From: Octopus sinensis
Taxonomy: Eukaryota
Reading direction: 5' to 3'
NCBI RefSeq assembly: GCF_006345805.1
Contig: NC_043000.1
Coordinates: 87,420,001 to 87,484,000, forward strand
DNA length: 64,000 bases
Shown: positions 1 to 13,196 of the stretch, piece after piece
How the letters are laid out: every line of letters begins with the position of its first letter
Position numbering within the stretch: the stretch's first letter is position 1
The notes under the pieces: generated by a model
Told to the model about the DNA's origin: nothing
Databases searched by the model: none
Seen by the model: the letters and a program-made list of their open reading frames with translations, nothing else
Made by a program: the position numbers and the translations under genes

Positions 1-2026
1 AAGGACCATAAGCTTAACTTCCACTCCAATCCCAAATGCAGGCGTGCGTGTGTGCGCGCACGCTGGTATGCATGCATACACGCATGCGAATATACATATG
101 TACATATGAATGAATACGCACGTGTGTGTATGCGTGTATGTGTGTGCATGTGTGCATATGCGTGTCCGTCCAAGCGTGCGTGTGTGTAGACGCGCACGTG
201 CGCATCCATGTACAGATGCACACACTCGCATCAGTACACATTCACGAAAAACTATATGAGCGCGTCTGCAGAACTATATACTTGCACATGCCGCTCCTTC
301 CTACTCTCCCCCAACATCCTGACCGACCTCTAGTTTATTTCCTGTCCTCCACGTGGTCAATTTGCTGTTCGCAATGCAGTATTTTCTATCTAACTGTTAC
401 CCATATACCAACATCAAACTACGACACCGCGTGACCTTTCTCGACCAATCCCGGCCCATCTTACGGTAATAACAATCAACTTCTGTCATTCAAATTCAAA
501 AGGGCTGACGACTAGCATTGTGCTTGAAACTCAAGAGTACCAACACGAATTTGAATCAAACTGTTTTGATCCATATATATATACACACATATACATATTT
601 AACTATCTAATTGATAGTCTATCAATCGAGAACAGAACGATGAAACGAAGAGCTGACCCCCTGAGCGATTTGGAAAATAGGCTCTTTCTTACATCATCCC
701 TTATTTTCATTACTATTTTTATTGTGTATATTTTCTCCTGTGTCAACTAGTTTTTGATCAAGTTAGGCAGGGATCTTCGATCATAAGTTAACTTCTTTGT
801 CACATCCAATCTTATACTTTTGCAAATTAATAAATACCGTACTTTACTAAAAATAATGTGTGGAACTTCAGCTTAGTTATTTCTATATATAACTTTACAT
901 AATAACGAAAGTTATTGTTTCGGGAAGAATGATTTACAGAAGATAAAGAGAAAGGCTTTATTTTTAACCAATGTCTGATAAGATATCTCTAATTTATAGA
1001 CTTCAGCAGTCCCAAATTCTCAAGCAAGGTAAGTATTCTTTGTCATTGAACTTATATCCAGTCTCCCTGAAAATTATTTTTGATTTCAAATATTTTCAGC
1101 AGCCGTATGGTTTTAATTAGCTGTAGCTCTAAAGATAATGCGATTAGTAAATATATTTACGACACAGTTTGTCATTATTAGCTATCTCGTGTTAAACCTC
1201 TTTCTCTTATTTAAAGTTAACTATAACTGACTGAATTATAAACTTCAACTTACCGAAATTGTGATAAGAGAACCAGAAAATTAATGCACAAGACTATCAT
1301 TCTTGGCAAAGAAACGATAGCTTGCCTCTTTCCTTTATTTTCTTTTTCATGCTAAGTCTCTATTTCTATATTCTCTGCTAGCCATTTTACATTCTTGTAC
1401 GTCTTGTACATAGTGATTATTTTATCTTAAATTCGGTAAGTATGTGTAATTTATGCATTAAACTACCTAATAATACTAAAGCATGCCAGATGTTGCTCGA
1501 ACTTACCGAAAGAATCAAAACAATATTGAGCAAGCATTAATATTAGCATTTCATCATCACGTAACATTTTATCCATTTAGCATTTTTAATGTTTTAGTCA
1601 TTAACTCTTTGCCTATCCAAATCGTTTCCACAAGTTTGTAACTAAACGTTCATATTTGTTCTCAGATTTTTAGACTGCCCTTGTTTTATACGCTCTGAGT
1701 AATATAAGATTTTCTTTTCGTAAGTCCCAAGTTAGTCTGTTAATTGAGAAAAAAATTAGAATGAGTAACATATATGATGCATGGACGGCAGGGAAATATG
1801 CTCCGTGGATAACATGTGATACATAGGACAGACAAATGGTTAAATATATTAACAGTATAACTGAATGAGATTATTTTTGTTATTTAGTCAATACCACATG
1901 GTGAGACCATCCAATTATACAAATCCTTAACCTTCAAAATTATCTTGATAGACCTTAAATTTATGCTTTCCAAGTTCCTTACCTACCAATAACCTTCTCA
2001 CTCGTTGCCATTACATTTTGTTTTGT

Positions 2027-2175
2027 GCAAAATTGTTGGTCAGAAAGAAATAAGTACATATGCACTCTTAATATAGAACGTTTTAACTCAAAGATCGTAA
2101 ATTCGCAAAATTGTTGGACAAAACGAAATAAATACATATACACTCTTAATATACAACCTTTTAACTCAAAGATCG
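2027..2175 (+). repeat. Tandem direct repeat, 71-bp unit, period 78
   Basis: GCAAAATTGTTGG...TTTTAACTCAAAGATCG at 2027-2097 and 2105-2175. Confidence 0.85.
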
Positions 2176-2453
2176 CGGCAAGTATTCTTTGATCAAATGA
2201 ATATGACTCAGACTGATTCAGACCTAAGGATACAATATTTAATACCTTTATGTGATACAACTTTAAATACAAATATCAGCCAATATAGTGCTATAGGTAT
2301 TTACTTTATTGATTTGAAGTTGGAAATGATGGCAGCGTGCCAGCCGCAACGACACAGAATTAGAAAGCAAGTTCACTAATATATGAAATTGTATATTGTA
2401 TCGTCATTTCGAATACTACTGATATGATATGATATGATATGAAATATATATAT

Positions 2454-2505
<52 letters not shown>

Positions 2506-2632
2506 TTTAACAATTAAGGATAATCTCTTAATAAGGGATCTTAACAAGAAATTATCGGGTAGCTAGCGTGAAAACCTCATAAAAGAAAAGAATTCGAAAT
2601 AATTTTTTTCTTTTGAACAAATTAATTATATC

Positions 2633-2768
2633 TATATTGTATAGAGGGCATTATTACACATAAATGCCTCACACTAGGAGGGACAAAGTCATTACTACCA
2701 AAATAATTTTGGTAGTAATGACTTTGTCCCTCCTAGTGTGAGGCATTTATGTGTATAATGCCCTCTAT

Positions 2769-2776
<8 letters not shown>
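2633..2776. repeat. Fold-back palindrome, ~72-bp arms, 1-nt centre
   Basis: 2633-2704 is the reverse complement of 2706-2776 apart from one 1-nt indel. Confidence 0.95.
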
Positions 2777-2807
<31 letters not shown>

Positions 2808-3039
2808 GAATGTAGCTTGACTGTAGTGGTGATGATCTTAACAAGATCATCACCACTAATTCGTTTGTGTCTGTGTGCAGTGAGTGTGGTATCTGCTGTT
2901 TTAGACGTTTGTGTGAATGTTTGTTCTTGTGTCTGTTTAGGGTGTTTGTGTTTGGGGGATTCTGGTGATAATGAAGATGTTGGATGTGTTAGTGTTATTG
3001 GGATATGTTTGTGTGGGTGGTGTTTGTACTTTTCATTGT

Positions 3040-4477
3040 GGGTGTTGTTATACTTTGTAGAATTTTTCTTTTGTGCTTTCTTTTTTTTTTTGGTGGGGTG
3101 GGGCTTTTGGTTTTCCTTCATCTTCACTACTGGAATATGAGGAGTCTGTTGCTGTAAGTGTGTCTCTGTGTATGTTTATATTCTTATTCATGTGTGTATT
3201 TTTGTTTGGTATGAGGGGGTGTGATAACTTTCCTCGTTTCCCCTTAGGGTGGTTAGTGTCTTTGTGTCGTTGCTGGTGATTTTGCCGGTGCTGATGCTGT
3301 TTGTGGTCCTCGTCCCGGCGGAGGAAGCAGTGGAGGCCCTTGACCCCTACGCTCTTTACCAGTTGGGAACAGTGATCTCGCAAAAGAGTAGTTTCTCCAC
3401 AAACGAAACAATACGGCCTTTTGCCCTCAGTCATTATGCGTATCAGATGTGACAGATGTGGTCTGGGATTTTTTTTAAGCTTTCGGGTCTGATCTAAAGA
3501 AGTATCTCCAGGTCAACCCCAGACCAGTCCTCCCTAGCAGTTCTTGTCACCTCTATCAGGACAGATTCCGTCCCCTCCACGATTACGCATCCCAGAAGCC
3601 ACCAAATATTAAGTCTTTGGTGGGATCCTAGAAATGCGGACACGTGCTGTACGTTTCGCCGTGTGGTTTTGCAAGGGGTCATTGAATGTTTCATAGCAAG
3701 GGCTTCTAACTTAAACAGCACCGAAATGGTACCGTATTGTTTTCCCTTCGCTATGTACTCGGTGTCATCTCTGATTCACCTCAGCGTCGCTTCAATATCT
3801 ACTTGGGCTATTAAAGCTGCTCTTTTCGTCTCTGCTGAGATGCATCTGATAAGCTTTAATTGCCTCTGACAGAACAGATTCTTTTTTCTTGTTTAATCAG
3901 TTTCCATGCCTGGATTAAACATTTCGTCTCTATTTGTGAGGTCCACGGTAAGGCACTGCGCCTCGAACGTCATTTTGTTGCTGGTAATGTTCTCGCTGTT
4001 GTTGCTGTTGTTGGTGCTGCTACTGCTGCTTCTGCCGTTGTTGTCGTCGTTGTTCTTGTCGATGTCGTTGATGTTGGTGTTGTTGTTGCTGTTGTCACTT
4101 TTGCTCTCGTTGTTGCTGTTGTTACCATCACTACTGCCGCCGCTGCTGCTGCTGTCTCTTTCGTTGTTGTTGTTGTTGATACCACTACTACTACTGCTAC
4201 TGCTGCTGTCAATGTTGCGGCTGCTGTTGTTGTCACTGCTACCGCTGTTATTGCTACGTTAGACATGGCCTGGACCAATCTTTGGTCGAAACATATCTAA
4301 GTTTTTACTGATGTTACTACGAGGTAAACTTTGTACTGTAACAATCTCGTTTATCTCCTCTTCTCCTGTATTGTTGCCAGTAAAGGAGGGTAGAAAAGGG
4401 AAAGTTTCAGCAGTCACCAGATTCGTGGACGGGACTGTTTTCTTTTTTCTCAACTCTTTCAAGACACGCTCCGCCAT
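3040..4477 (-). mobile_element. L1/Tx1-type LINE ORF1 (gag-like) remnant
   Basis: Broken reading frame MAERVLKELRKKK..., a Thr/Ala-rich low-complexity linker, LTVDLTNRDEMF...KGKQYGTISVLF, and a degenerate zinc knuckle GKRPYCFVCGETTLLRDHC. Multiple stops and frameshifts. Confidence 0.6.
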
Positions 4478-4768
4478 CTTGTTGAGTTGTGTTTGATTAA
4501 ATTAAATTAAACGCACACCGAACTTATTTGGTGGGCCGAATATAGTCCCTAGAGGGACTAAACAACCGTATAAAACCAGTAACAGGTTCCTGGTGTTTCT
4601 ATTGACAACTTGGAATAAAATAAATAATGCAAAAAAGTACCAAACCGGTGTAAATAAATATATTAAATGTTTTAAGCTGCACCAGCCTGGAACGTTTGAA
4701 AACACGTCTTATGTATATCGCAGTGAATAACAACAACAATAATAATAAAAAAAAAAAAAAAAAAAAAA

Positions 4769-4808
<40 letters not shown>

Positions 4809-5270
4809 GGCTACAGCATATATTCTGCTCAATACCACAGATTTGCTTGTTAGCTGTTTGGCCTTAACCATTTGAGCATGTCCCTTAGTGGCTGATGATA
4901 TGTGCATCTCTGACTGATCACGAGCAGAACTAGTGGGGGAGTATCATAGCCATGTGTTGAAAAAGATTCTTTGGGGTTTGAATAATTCACCTCTGGAAAC
5001 ATGGGTGTTTCGTTCAACATCCTTAAACAACCCTTATTCAGGGAATTTTTGAGCGGGATGGGTTACTCGACCTGAAGAAAATTCTAACTCGGCCCTACCT
5101 GCAAGGTCATATGCTGTTTATCTTGATATGAGATCACCATGTGGCGCACATATGGTTGTGATGCATATGCCTTGTGTACTCTTATCAGACGGGTAGTCAT
5201 GATGGGTATACTGGGCTTCGTATATTTTAACCCATTGTCACTTTGATGGCATGCACTGCTCTCTCACTCA
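4809..5270 (+). mobile_element. Non-coding retroposon family D (~0.5 kb, (AAT)n tail)
   Basis: Collinear homology with 13197-13732 (+), 13803-14290 (-) and a partial copy at ~9880-10000; ends CTCTCTCACTC-(AAT)n. Confidence 0.8.
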
Positions 5271-5283
5271 ATAATAATAATAA

Positions 5284-5397
<114 letters not shown>

Positions 5398-5519
5398 TAA
5401 TAATCCTTTCTACTGTAGGCATAAGACCTGAAATTTTGTGGAAGGGGGCTAATCAATTATATTGATCCCAGTACTTGATTGATACTTATTTTATCGACCC
5501 AAAACAATGAAAGATAAGC

Positions 5520-6175
5520 CCGAAGGTGTCCGTCTTCAGTCTTTTCAACATCGTCTACCACTCTATCTCTTTCAGCACAACCACCAGACAGAGGAAAACT
5601 GCATTCTCAGTGAAAACAAGGTGGTGGGGGGATCTTGGTCGAAAACCGGATCCGTCTTACACTCGACAACAGTAATTTAGCAAAGCTTCTCACTGGGCGA
5701 ATGCTTGCAGACCGGTTTCATCAGCCTACGTACATCTCGGACAAGTTCGTCTGACAGCGCTTCTGTGCCTGTAGAGCTTGTCTTCAACCGGCAGAGTCTC
5801 CCGGTAGCACTGCCAGACCAATGATTTCTGGAAATTATCCATAGGCCCTGGCCCGAATGTCCTCAGGAAAAGACTAGTCAATTGGCCTCTCCTGACGCAC
5901 ATTCCCAGGGAACGTCGTCGCCCCTCCCCGCAACTAATCGCCTATAGAACTCCAATGTAGAGCTTCCACCGACCGTATTGCCCAACTGGCTGTGAACACT
6001 TGCTGATACTCCAGGTGTCAAGCGCCTTTTCTCGGTCTACACTTCATCAAAGACTGTAGCTCCGTCACTGAGCCGAGCTGTGGAAAATCCTATCTGGTAA
6101 ACAGTGACCACACCTTCTCACCATTAAGTAAACGCCGAGGATGTTGCAGCCTCAGCGCTTGTCTGAATAGAAACC
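5520..6175 (-). mobile_element. L1/Tx1-type ORF2 C-terminal (zinc-binding) fragment
   Basis: Minus-strand translation FQKSLVWQCYRETLPVEDKLYRHRSAVRRTCPRC..DETGLQAF and AVFLCLVVVLKEI...RLKTDTF; homologous to 12050-12500. Confidence 0.65.
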
Positions 6176-6182
6176 GTTGGTC

Positions 6183-6218
<36 letters not shown>

Positions 6219-6471
6219 ACCGTGGTGGTAGTGGTGGTTAGAGTTGTAGCAGCAGTTCATTGGCTGTAGTAGTAGTAGTGGAAGTGACCGTTGGCTGTAA
6301 TAGCAGAAGTAGCAGAGACTGTTCGTCGTAGTAGTAGTAGTGGAAGTGACTGTTCGCTGTAATAGCAGCAGTAGCAGAGATCGTTGTTTGCAGTAGTAGT
6401 AGTGATCGTGGTGGTAGTGATGGTTGGAGTTTAGAATTCTTTTTTTCTTTTTGGACAGCCAATATATGGTT

Positions 6472-7235
6472 TTAATGTTCTTGGCCCAGGGTATTTAAAC
6501 TTGGTCCGAATTTTCTAATAAAATTGTGTTCCTTATTATGACGTTGATTGTAAGTTACGTTGTTACTGAATTGGTAAAGTGGGAAAGTTGTAAATTTTGG
6601 ATTTTTATTCGATACACATCTGTCTATGTGGCCGCTGAGAGGTATGTTCCTGTATTCAGGATTCCTAATTTGGGATTTATGTACTGCTATCCTTTTTCGT
6701 AGGTTGTTTTTTGTATGGCCAATATATTGCCTATTGCACCCTGTACATGTCATCACGTAAATTAAGTTTTCCGATGCACATGTGAAGTATGTTCTGGTGA
6801 TAAAATGATGGCCTTGTTCTTATGTGTATTCTGAACCTTCTAATAAGTTGACACAGATCCCGCAGTTGGGCTTTCCACGCTTTTTAACTGTTGATTTTGT
6901 AGTTGTTATTGGGTGCAGTTTAGCCTGGGATAAAATCTTCTTTAAGGATTTTGGTTGCCGTTTACTTTTTATGATGGTGTACGTTTGGAGGTTTCGATCC
7001 ATCTTTGGGTCTCCCTTGTGTAGGGCTGTGCTTTGGAGTATGGTACTGAAGGCCTCATTGTTAAGTGGGTTGTGTGTAGAGATGTAGGGTAGGGGTTTTA
7101 ATTCTTTTTTTTTTGGTTTTGGTTGTCTCAGGTCTTCTATATTTAATTTAAGCGGTCGTTGGATTGAATTGTCTATTAGGGGTTGTGGTTAATTCCTATT
7201 TATGAGAGTAGTTCTGAGTTCCTGGTCATCTTATT
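6472..7235 (-). mobile_element. Penelope-like element 3' portion (RT C-terminus + GIY-YIG endonuclease)
   Basis: KSKRQPKSLKKILSQAK..KRGKPNCGICVNL, then NLIYVMTCTGCNRQYIGHTKNNLRKRIAVHKSQIR...KEHNFIRKFGPSLN: PLE CCHH linker and GIY-YIG. Confidence 0.85.
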
Positions 7236-7239
7236 TTAA

Positions 7240-8060
7240 CTGCGCATGATATTCGCCAGATCCAGCGTTGCTTGATGGACGAGAGGTGTCGTACCGCTTC
7301 ATCTTTGGCCCAAGAAGTGTCTTCTGTTAGTGGAAGGAGTGTATCAGCTCAAACAGTTCACCGAGGTTTGAATTATTGTGGTCTTCGTGAACGGATTCCT
7401 TGTAGGGAGCTTCTCACGACCAGGCATATATCAAGCCGTCTTTCTTTTGCCGAAACCTATGTGAGTAAGGGGAAGGAGTTTTGGAATAAAATTATTTTTT
7501 CTGACGAGACTTGTTTGGGATAGATGGTATTAAACGAGTATGGCGACGACCAGGTGAGGATAATAGCGGCAAATGCATCGTGTCTACCGTGAAACACGGC
7601 GGCGGAAGTGTTATGCTTTGGGAATGCATGAGTACGGCTGGTGTGGGAGGACACATATTTGTTGAGAGAACAATGGATTCAAGGCTATATTTCAGAAAAC
7701 AATGTTGAAAAGTATCAAGGAACTAAAAAGGCATTCCATATCCCAACATGATAATGACCTTAAACACATTTCAATGATAACGACTAAGTTTTATCAGATA
7801 AAAAGGTAAGGGTATTGCCTTGGCTTACCATGTCACCTGATTTAAACCCAATATAACATTGAAAAGGAAGGTTGAAGAGAAAAAATCTTGCATTGCAACG
7901 TTTGTTGAAAGATGTCATTCAGAATGAATCGAGGTTGATTTCCTCGGCTATATGCGGAAATTTAGTCGACTCTATGCCCAGAAGTCTTAATGCAGTCATT
8001 GAACGCAAGGGCGGTCACACCAAGTATTGAATATAGCAAATAATCCTTTAGGGTGTACAT
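7240..8060 (+). mobile_element. Tc1-type (DD34E) transposase remnant
   Basis: FWNKIIFSDET, VKHGGGSVMLW, QHDND, MSPDLNPI and AVIERKGGHTKY* motifs across frameshifts. Confidence 0.85.
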
Positions 8061-8224
8061 ATGTTTGTAACGTTTGAAAATTAATATTTCATTCATATCT
8101 TTGAAAATGCTTATTGTTTTGTGTTCCATATTTGTATAATGTTTTCATGTATAATATATTTTATTCAGTATAATTTTCGTTTGATTTCCTTCGATATTAT
8201 CAGAGAAATAGCAATTTCCACACA

Positions 8225-8603
<379 letters not shown>

Positions 8604-8993
8604 TCTTTATATATAAAAGAAAGGTTGTGTGTCTGTCTACTCCGATTTAGATTCCTAACTACTCCCACATTTTGCGGTGCAGTTTAACCAAAACCGGGTA
8701 TCTTATAGTCGTGATTCATATCGAGCTCTTCTGGGTATTAGCGCGCGTCTACAATGAGTCTACGATTTTAAAAATAATTTACCATCATTTTTCCATTTTA
8801 ATGCATTTTTTTTAGATATAAGGGAAGTAACTCTCTAAAAATGTCTACGATGAGTCAACGATTTAAAAAAAATTTACCATAACTTTTTTTTCATTTTTAA
8901 TGCATTTTTTGCTATATTTTGGCTATAACTCTCTAAAAATGCTTTATAGTTATTTCCCTTAAAAACCCGAGCAACGCCGGGCGATACTGCTAG
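8604..8993 (+). mobile_element. Complete non-autonomous Helitron (~390 bp)
   Basis: A|TC 5' end (TCTTTATATATAAAAG), subterminal hairpin CCCGAGCAACGCCGGG (8966-8981), CTAG|T 3' end at 8990-8994, no TSD, internal tandem duplications. Confidence 0.8.
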
Positions 8994-9016
8994 TATATAT
9001 ATATATAATATATATA

Positions 9017-9064
<48 letters not shown>

Positions 9065-9096
9065 TATATATGTGTATGTATACATGTATGTATACA

Positions 9097-9421
9097 TGCG
9101 GTCATGTTGGAGCACATTCATCAAGGGGTTTAGTCGAACAACTCGACCCCAGTATTTCCTTACTTAAAGCCAAGTACTTATTCTATCAGTTGCTTTTGCC
9201 GAGCCACTAAGTTACGGGGACGTAAACAAACCAACACTGGCAGTGGCGGACAAACACAAAGATACGCACACATATATATTTATACGACAGGTTTCTTTCG
9301 ATTTGCGTCTACAAAATCCACTAACAAGGCTTTGGCTGACTTGAGAGACTATAACAAAAAACATTTGCCCAAGATGCCATGCAGTGGGACTGAACCTGGA
9401 ACCATGTGGTTGGGGAAGCGT
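9097..9421 (-). mobile_element. SINE family A copy
   Basis: Homologous to 55540-55959 (GGGACTGAACC, AAATCCACT, AAGTTACGGGGACGTAAAC). Confidence 0.75.
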
Positions 9422-11092
9422 ACTAATAAAACCAATTCATCGTGCCACAAAAACCTCGTGGTATTTATTCTGCCCAAATTGCATAGCCACTCCTTTGTCA
9501 ATTTCGCTATAGATTATGTAGTGAACCAGCAACTGCTCCACCGTGTGCCAATAACCAGCGATACAACAGTTTACATAATTTCTTGATCACAAAGAAGGAA
9601 CAGCGCAAATTTTACCCCTCACCTAATTTAGAAGAAACGATTACACTGAGTGAGAAAAGTTTTCTCCATTTTTTTTGTATTCGGTCAGTAAGTGTTAGTT
9701 TCTATTTTCTTCTATCTAAAAATCAAAGGAAATGACAACTATTCCCTTCAAATTTTGCTTTTGTTTTGAAACTGATCGAGTTTATCCTTACATTTCAGAC
9801 AGATTCAGCGCTGAATTTCTGAAACAGAAATATCATTATAGCGAATATTTCGCTCAGTACTACAGATTTGGTTGTCCGTTGCTTGACATTAACCAGTTGA
9901 GCATGTTTGTCCTTAGTGGCTAACAATATGTGCATATCTGATCATGAGCAGGAGTAGTAGGGGAGCATCATAGCCACGTGTTGAGGGAGTCTTTGAGATT
10001 TGAATAAATGTATCCAAAGCTACGTTTGAAGGAAATATTAGCCATTTTTTATACTTTCTAGGGGGTAAGCAAACAAGAAATAGCAGTCGCTACCCAAGGA
10101 CAAAAATCGTGTTACATAGTGTTATTTAACTATTCGTTGTAAATATACATTGTTTGCTTAAATATTTGCTAATAAGTACAATTGCTGTTGTTGTTAGCGC
10201 AGATATAACCTAATCGAGCTGACATACAATCAATGGTGTTTTGGCCTTTACAGGAAATTGAACGTGAATTCATTATCGTAATTAAACGTGGAAACGTTAT
10301 CCTAATTAGTTAATTACTTCATAGCTTTCAATTCAATTCCGTCGCGTAATCTTTCCAGGGTGGTGTGGCTCGATTCCATTTACTCAGCACCAATCTATTC
10401 AACAAATGATCTGCCTCTAATGAGTAAATTAGTGATTGTAAGTGTGAACAAGCTATAAGATGGCAGATACGATAGAATAGGTGATCAAATGTTTCATAAT
10501 AACTTCCTATTACTATACTCTTAGTTTCAATTTCTGTCCGAGTGGGCGTTACACATTTTTTCATTGATAAAATCGCTATGAATGAGTAATATCTGTTGGG
10601 CTTTAAGAAAGATCTTCACAAAGGAAACTTAATCCTTCGTCTAATAAAAATAAAATTCAAAATTGAGAGAGGGACTCTCGGTCCTCAGACGGAAGATCTT
10701 TTCTTGTTAATACATTACAACTGCTTCCTTCTACAGCGCTCAAGACGTCAACTATTTGCCGACAATAAACGAAAGCAACGATAATTTAGTTTGAGAAATC
10801 TTCCGTGGATTTCGGCTAAAGTACTACAAATTCACCTTAAATGTCATCTTGAAGTTGATGAAATATCATATTCCTATAAATCATGTAATTTTCTTTCTCG
10901 TACAATAATTCATTTGAAAATGGAATTTATTATTCTCAAAAGTACATAGTTTTGGAGTTATTTGCCTGTTTGAACTGTGTTAACTTATGCGATGGCTATT
11001 TCGAGACGTTCAAAGAAGTCACGTGGAATGTCTTATTGTAGAAAAATACTTTGACAATTTCAATTCCATTGATTTCAATATAGCTGTCAGCG

Positions 11093-11259
11093 CAGTATTT
11101 CGTCTATCTTTACGTTCTGAATTCAAATTCCGCCGAGGTCAACTTTGTCTTTCTGCCTTTTGGGGGCGATAAATTAAGTACTTAGTTGCGTATTGGGGTC
11201 GATCTAACCTACTGTCACCCTCCCCCCAAATTTTGTGCCTTGTGCCTAGAGTAGAAAAG
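11093..11259 (+). mobile_element. 5'-truncated SINE family B with 16-bp TSD
   Basis: TTCAAATTCCGCCGAGGTC..GGGG.CGATAAATTAAGTAC core; direct repeat AATATAGCTGTCAGCG at 11077-11092 and 11260-11275. Confidence 0.85.
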
Positions 11260-12049
11260 AATATAGCTGTCAGCGGTCGTGACAAAGGCCACTTGAAATA
11301 TTGTAACAGTCAAACCTGAATGACCTAACGTGTAATTTCGGAACGCATGAGAATTTCTTTTATTGAAAACTTCTTGTCTACAAATACGCTAACAGCGACT
11401 CGGGGTAACCAATTTATAATTCATTTCCTTTAGCAGAAAATTGTTAACTGATTCGCTTAATGTGAAATCAAGCAAACGAAATGTTAAATCTCTAAACTCT
11501 TAAATTTATACATATATACATATACATTTATGTGTTCTTTTTTTAAATAAAAATAAGACGGCTGAATGGATTCTATAATATAACTTAATAGTCCAACACG
11601 AGTTAACAAAGGAGCCGTTACCTGGTAGCTCAATCTTTAAGAAATAGTAACCAAGTCTTCGAACAGGATGTAACTAAGTTTTCGAACATGGGATTATGTA
11701 ATCTGGGGTAAATTATGTTTAAAGTTTAAGAAAGCTGTGGTCATATATGGAATGGTTTTTATCATATGTCTGCTCGACCAGAGTCAACAAAACAACGTCA
11801 CCACAGGCATGGTTTGATACTTAGTAACTATGAATGTGAAGAATCTACAGGCACAAATAACTCCAAACTCAAGAGCAAAATAAATCAATATGTCAATATA
11901 TCAATAAATACATTAAACACTCATCAAGTCTACAGTGCTTCATCTGACTGCATCGGTGAATTTCATGACAAATATTTTTGCCTACATGGACGGCATTCGT
12001 AACAGCTATATTGTCAATTGAGTTAAAATTAGTATAGTACCTGTACTTG

Positions 12050-12500
12050 ATGTCATCGATTCTGCAAAGTCAAAGATGAAAGCAATACTTGAATTCGCGC
12101 GCAGAGTGACAGAACTGTACTGTACGCACTCGTGCAGTTGTGCGTAGGACAAATTCGATTATTCACCGAGTCATTCGTAAGGATCACCCCCAACATCAAC
12201 TTTCAACAACGCAGGGTAGGCGGTGTTCCTCTATCTAGTGGTTATAGCGAAAGAGGTTAATGGTTGGATGAGGCTAAAAGGATTGTCGGAAGACAATTTC
12301 TTCTTTGGTCAAGCACGCAGCCACTTTTTATTCAAAGTTCGGTTCCATTTAGAAAGGAAAGTGAGGGTGGAGAGTGAAGTACTCTCTGCCAGTGAATTTG
12401 ACAAAAGGTTAGGGTGTGTGGAAAAGGGGAATGGGCCTACTGGGAATGCGCCAGTAGATTGTGGAGAACAGTTGGGCAAGGGTTTGTGTTCCTGATGATC
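12050..12500 (+). mobile_element. L1/Tx1-type ORF2 3' end fragment
   Basis: QSDRTVLYALVQ... and AVFLYLVVIAKEVNGWMRLKGL...FHLERKVRVESEVLS match the C-terminal block at 5520-6175. Confidence 0.6.
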
Positions 12501-12898
12501 AGGATGACATTGGATCTGTGACGTTCCGTTAGTGGCTACAGTTGGAATTTCTCCAATATCAAAAGAACTGCAACAAAAATGTATTCACATATTTTGTATA
12601 CTTTGAATCCTTTTGTTCCATTTTCTACTACACTTCTTTCACCATCATTAGTTACTTATTTACTATTATTATACAAAACCTGTTACATGCTAATTTAATT
12701 AGTAAGGTTAATCCTGAGATGTGGTGGTGACAGTAAATCTCTACAAATTTTGGAAACTTTCTTAAAATTCTTGCACACTATAGAATAGATGTTCTGCAAG
12801 TCGACAATGCATGTCTAAATTAAACTAAGCTTCAACCTCTTGGGTGTTGTTGCTGTTATAGTAATAATAATAATAATAATAATAATATAATAATAATA

Positions 12899-12946
<48 letters not shown>

Positions 12947-12982
12947 GGTGTTGGTGGTGATGGTGGTGGTGGTGTTATTGTT

Positions 12983-13196
12983 AAGGCGGCGAGCTGGCAG
13001 AATCGTTAGCACGCTGGGCAAAATACTTCGTCTGTCTTTACGTTCTGATTCCAAATTCCGGCGAGATCGACTTCGCCTTTCCTCCTTTCGGGGTCGATAA
13101 ATTAAGTATCAGTTACGCACTGGGGTCGAATATAATCGGCTCATTCCCTCCTCCAAAATAGCAGTCCTTGTGAAAAAAATTAAAACCATTATTATG
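12983..13196 (+). mobile_element. SINE family B copy
   Basis: GGCGAGCTGGCAGAA head; CCTTTCGGGGTCGATAAATTAAGTA core; (ATT)n tail. Confidence 0.8.

Noticed and set aside
620-2380. NUMT or bacterial insert read with TGA=Trp
   Set aside because: TAA and TAG stops remain frequent in all frames I read, and I recognise no mitochondrial or bacterial protein motif.
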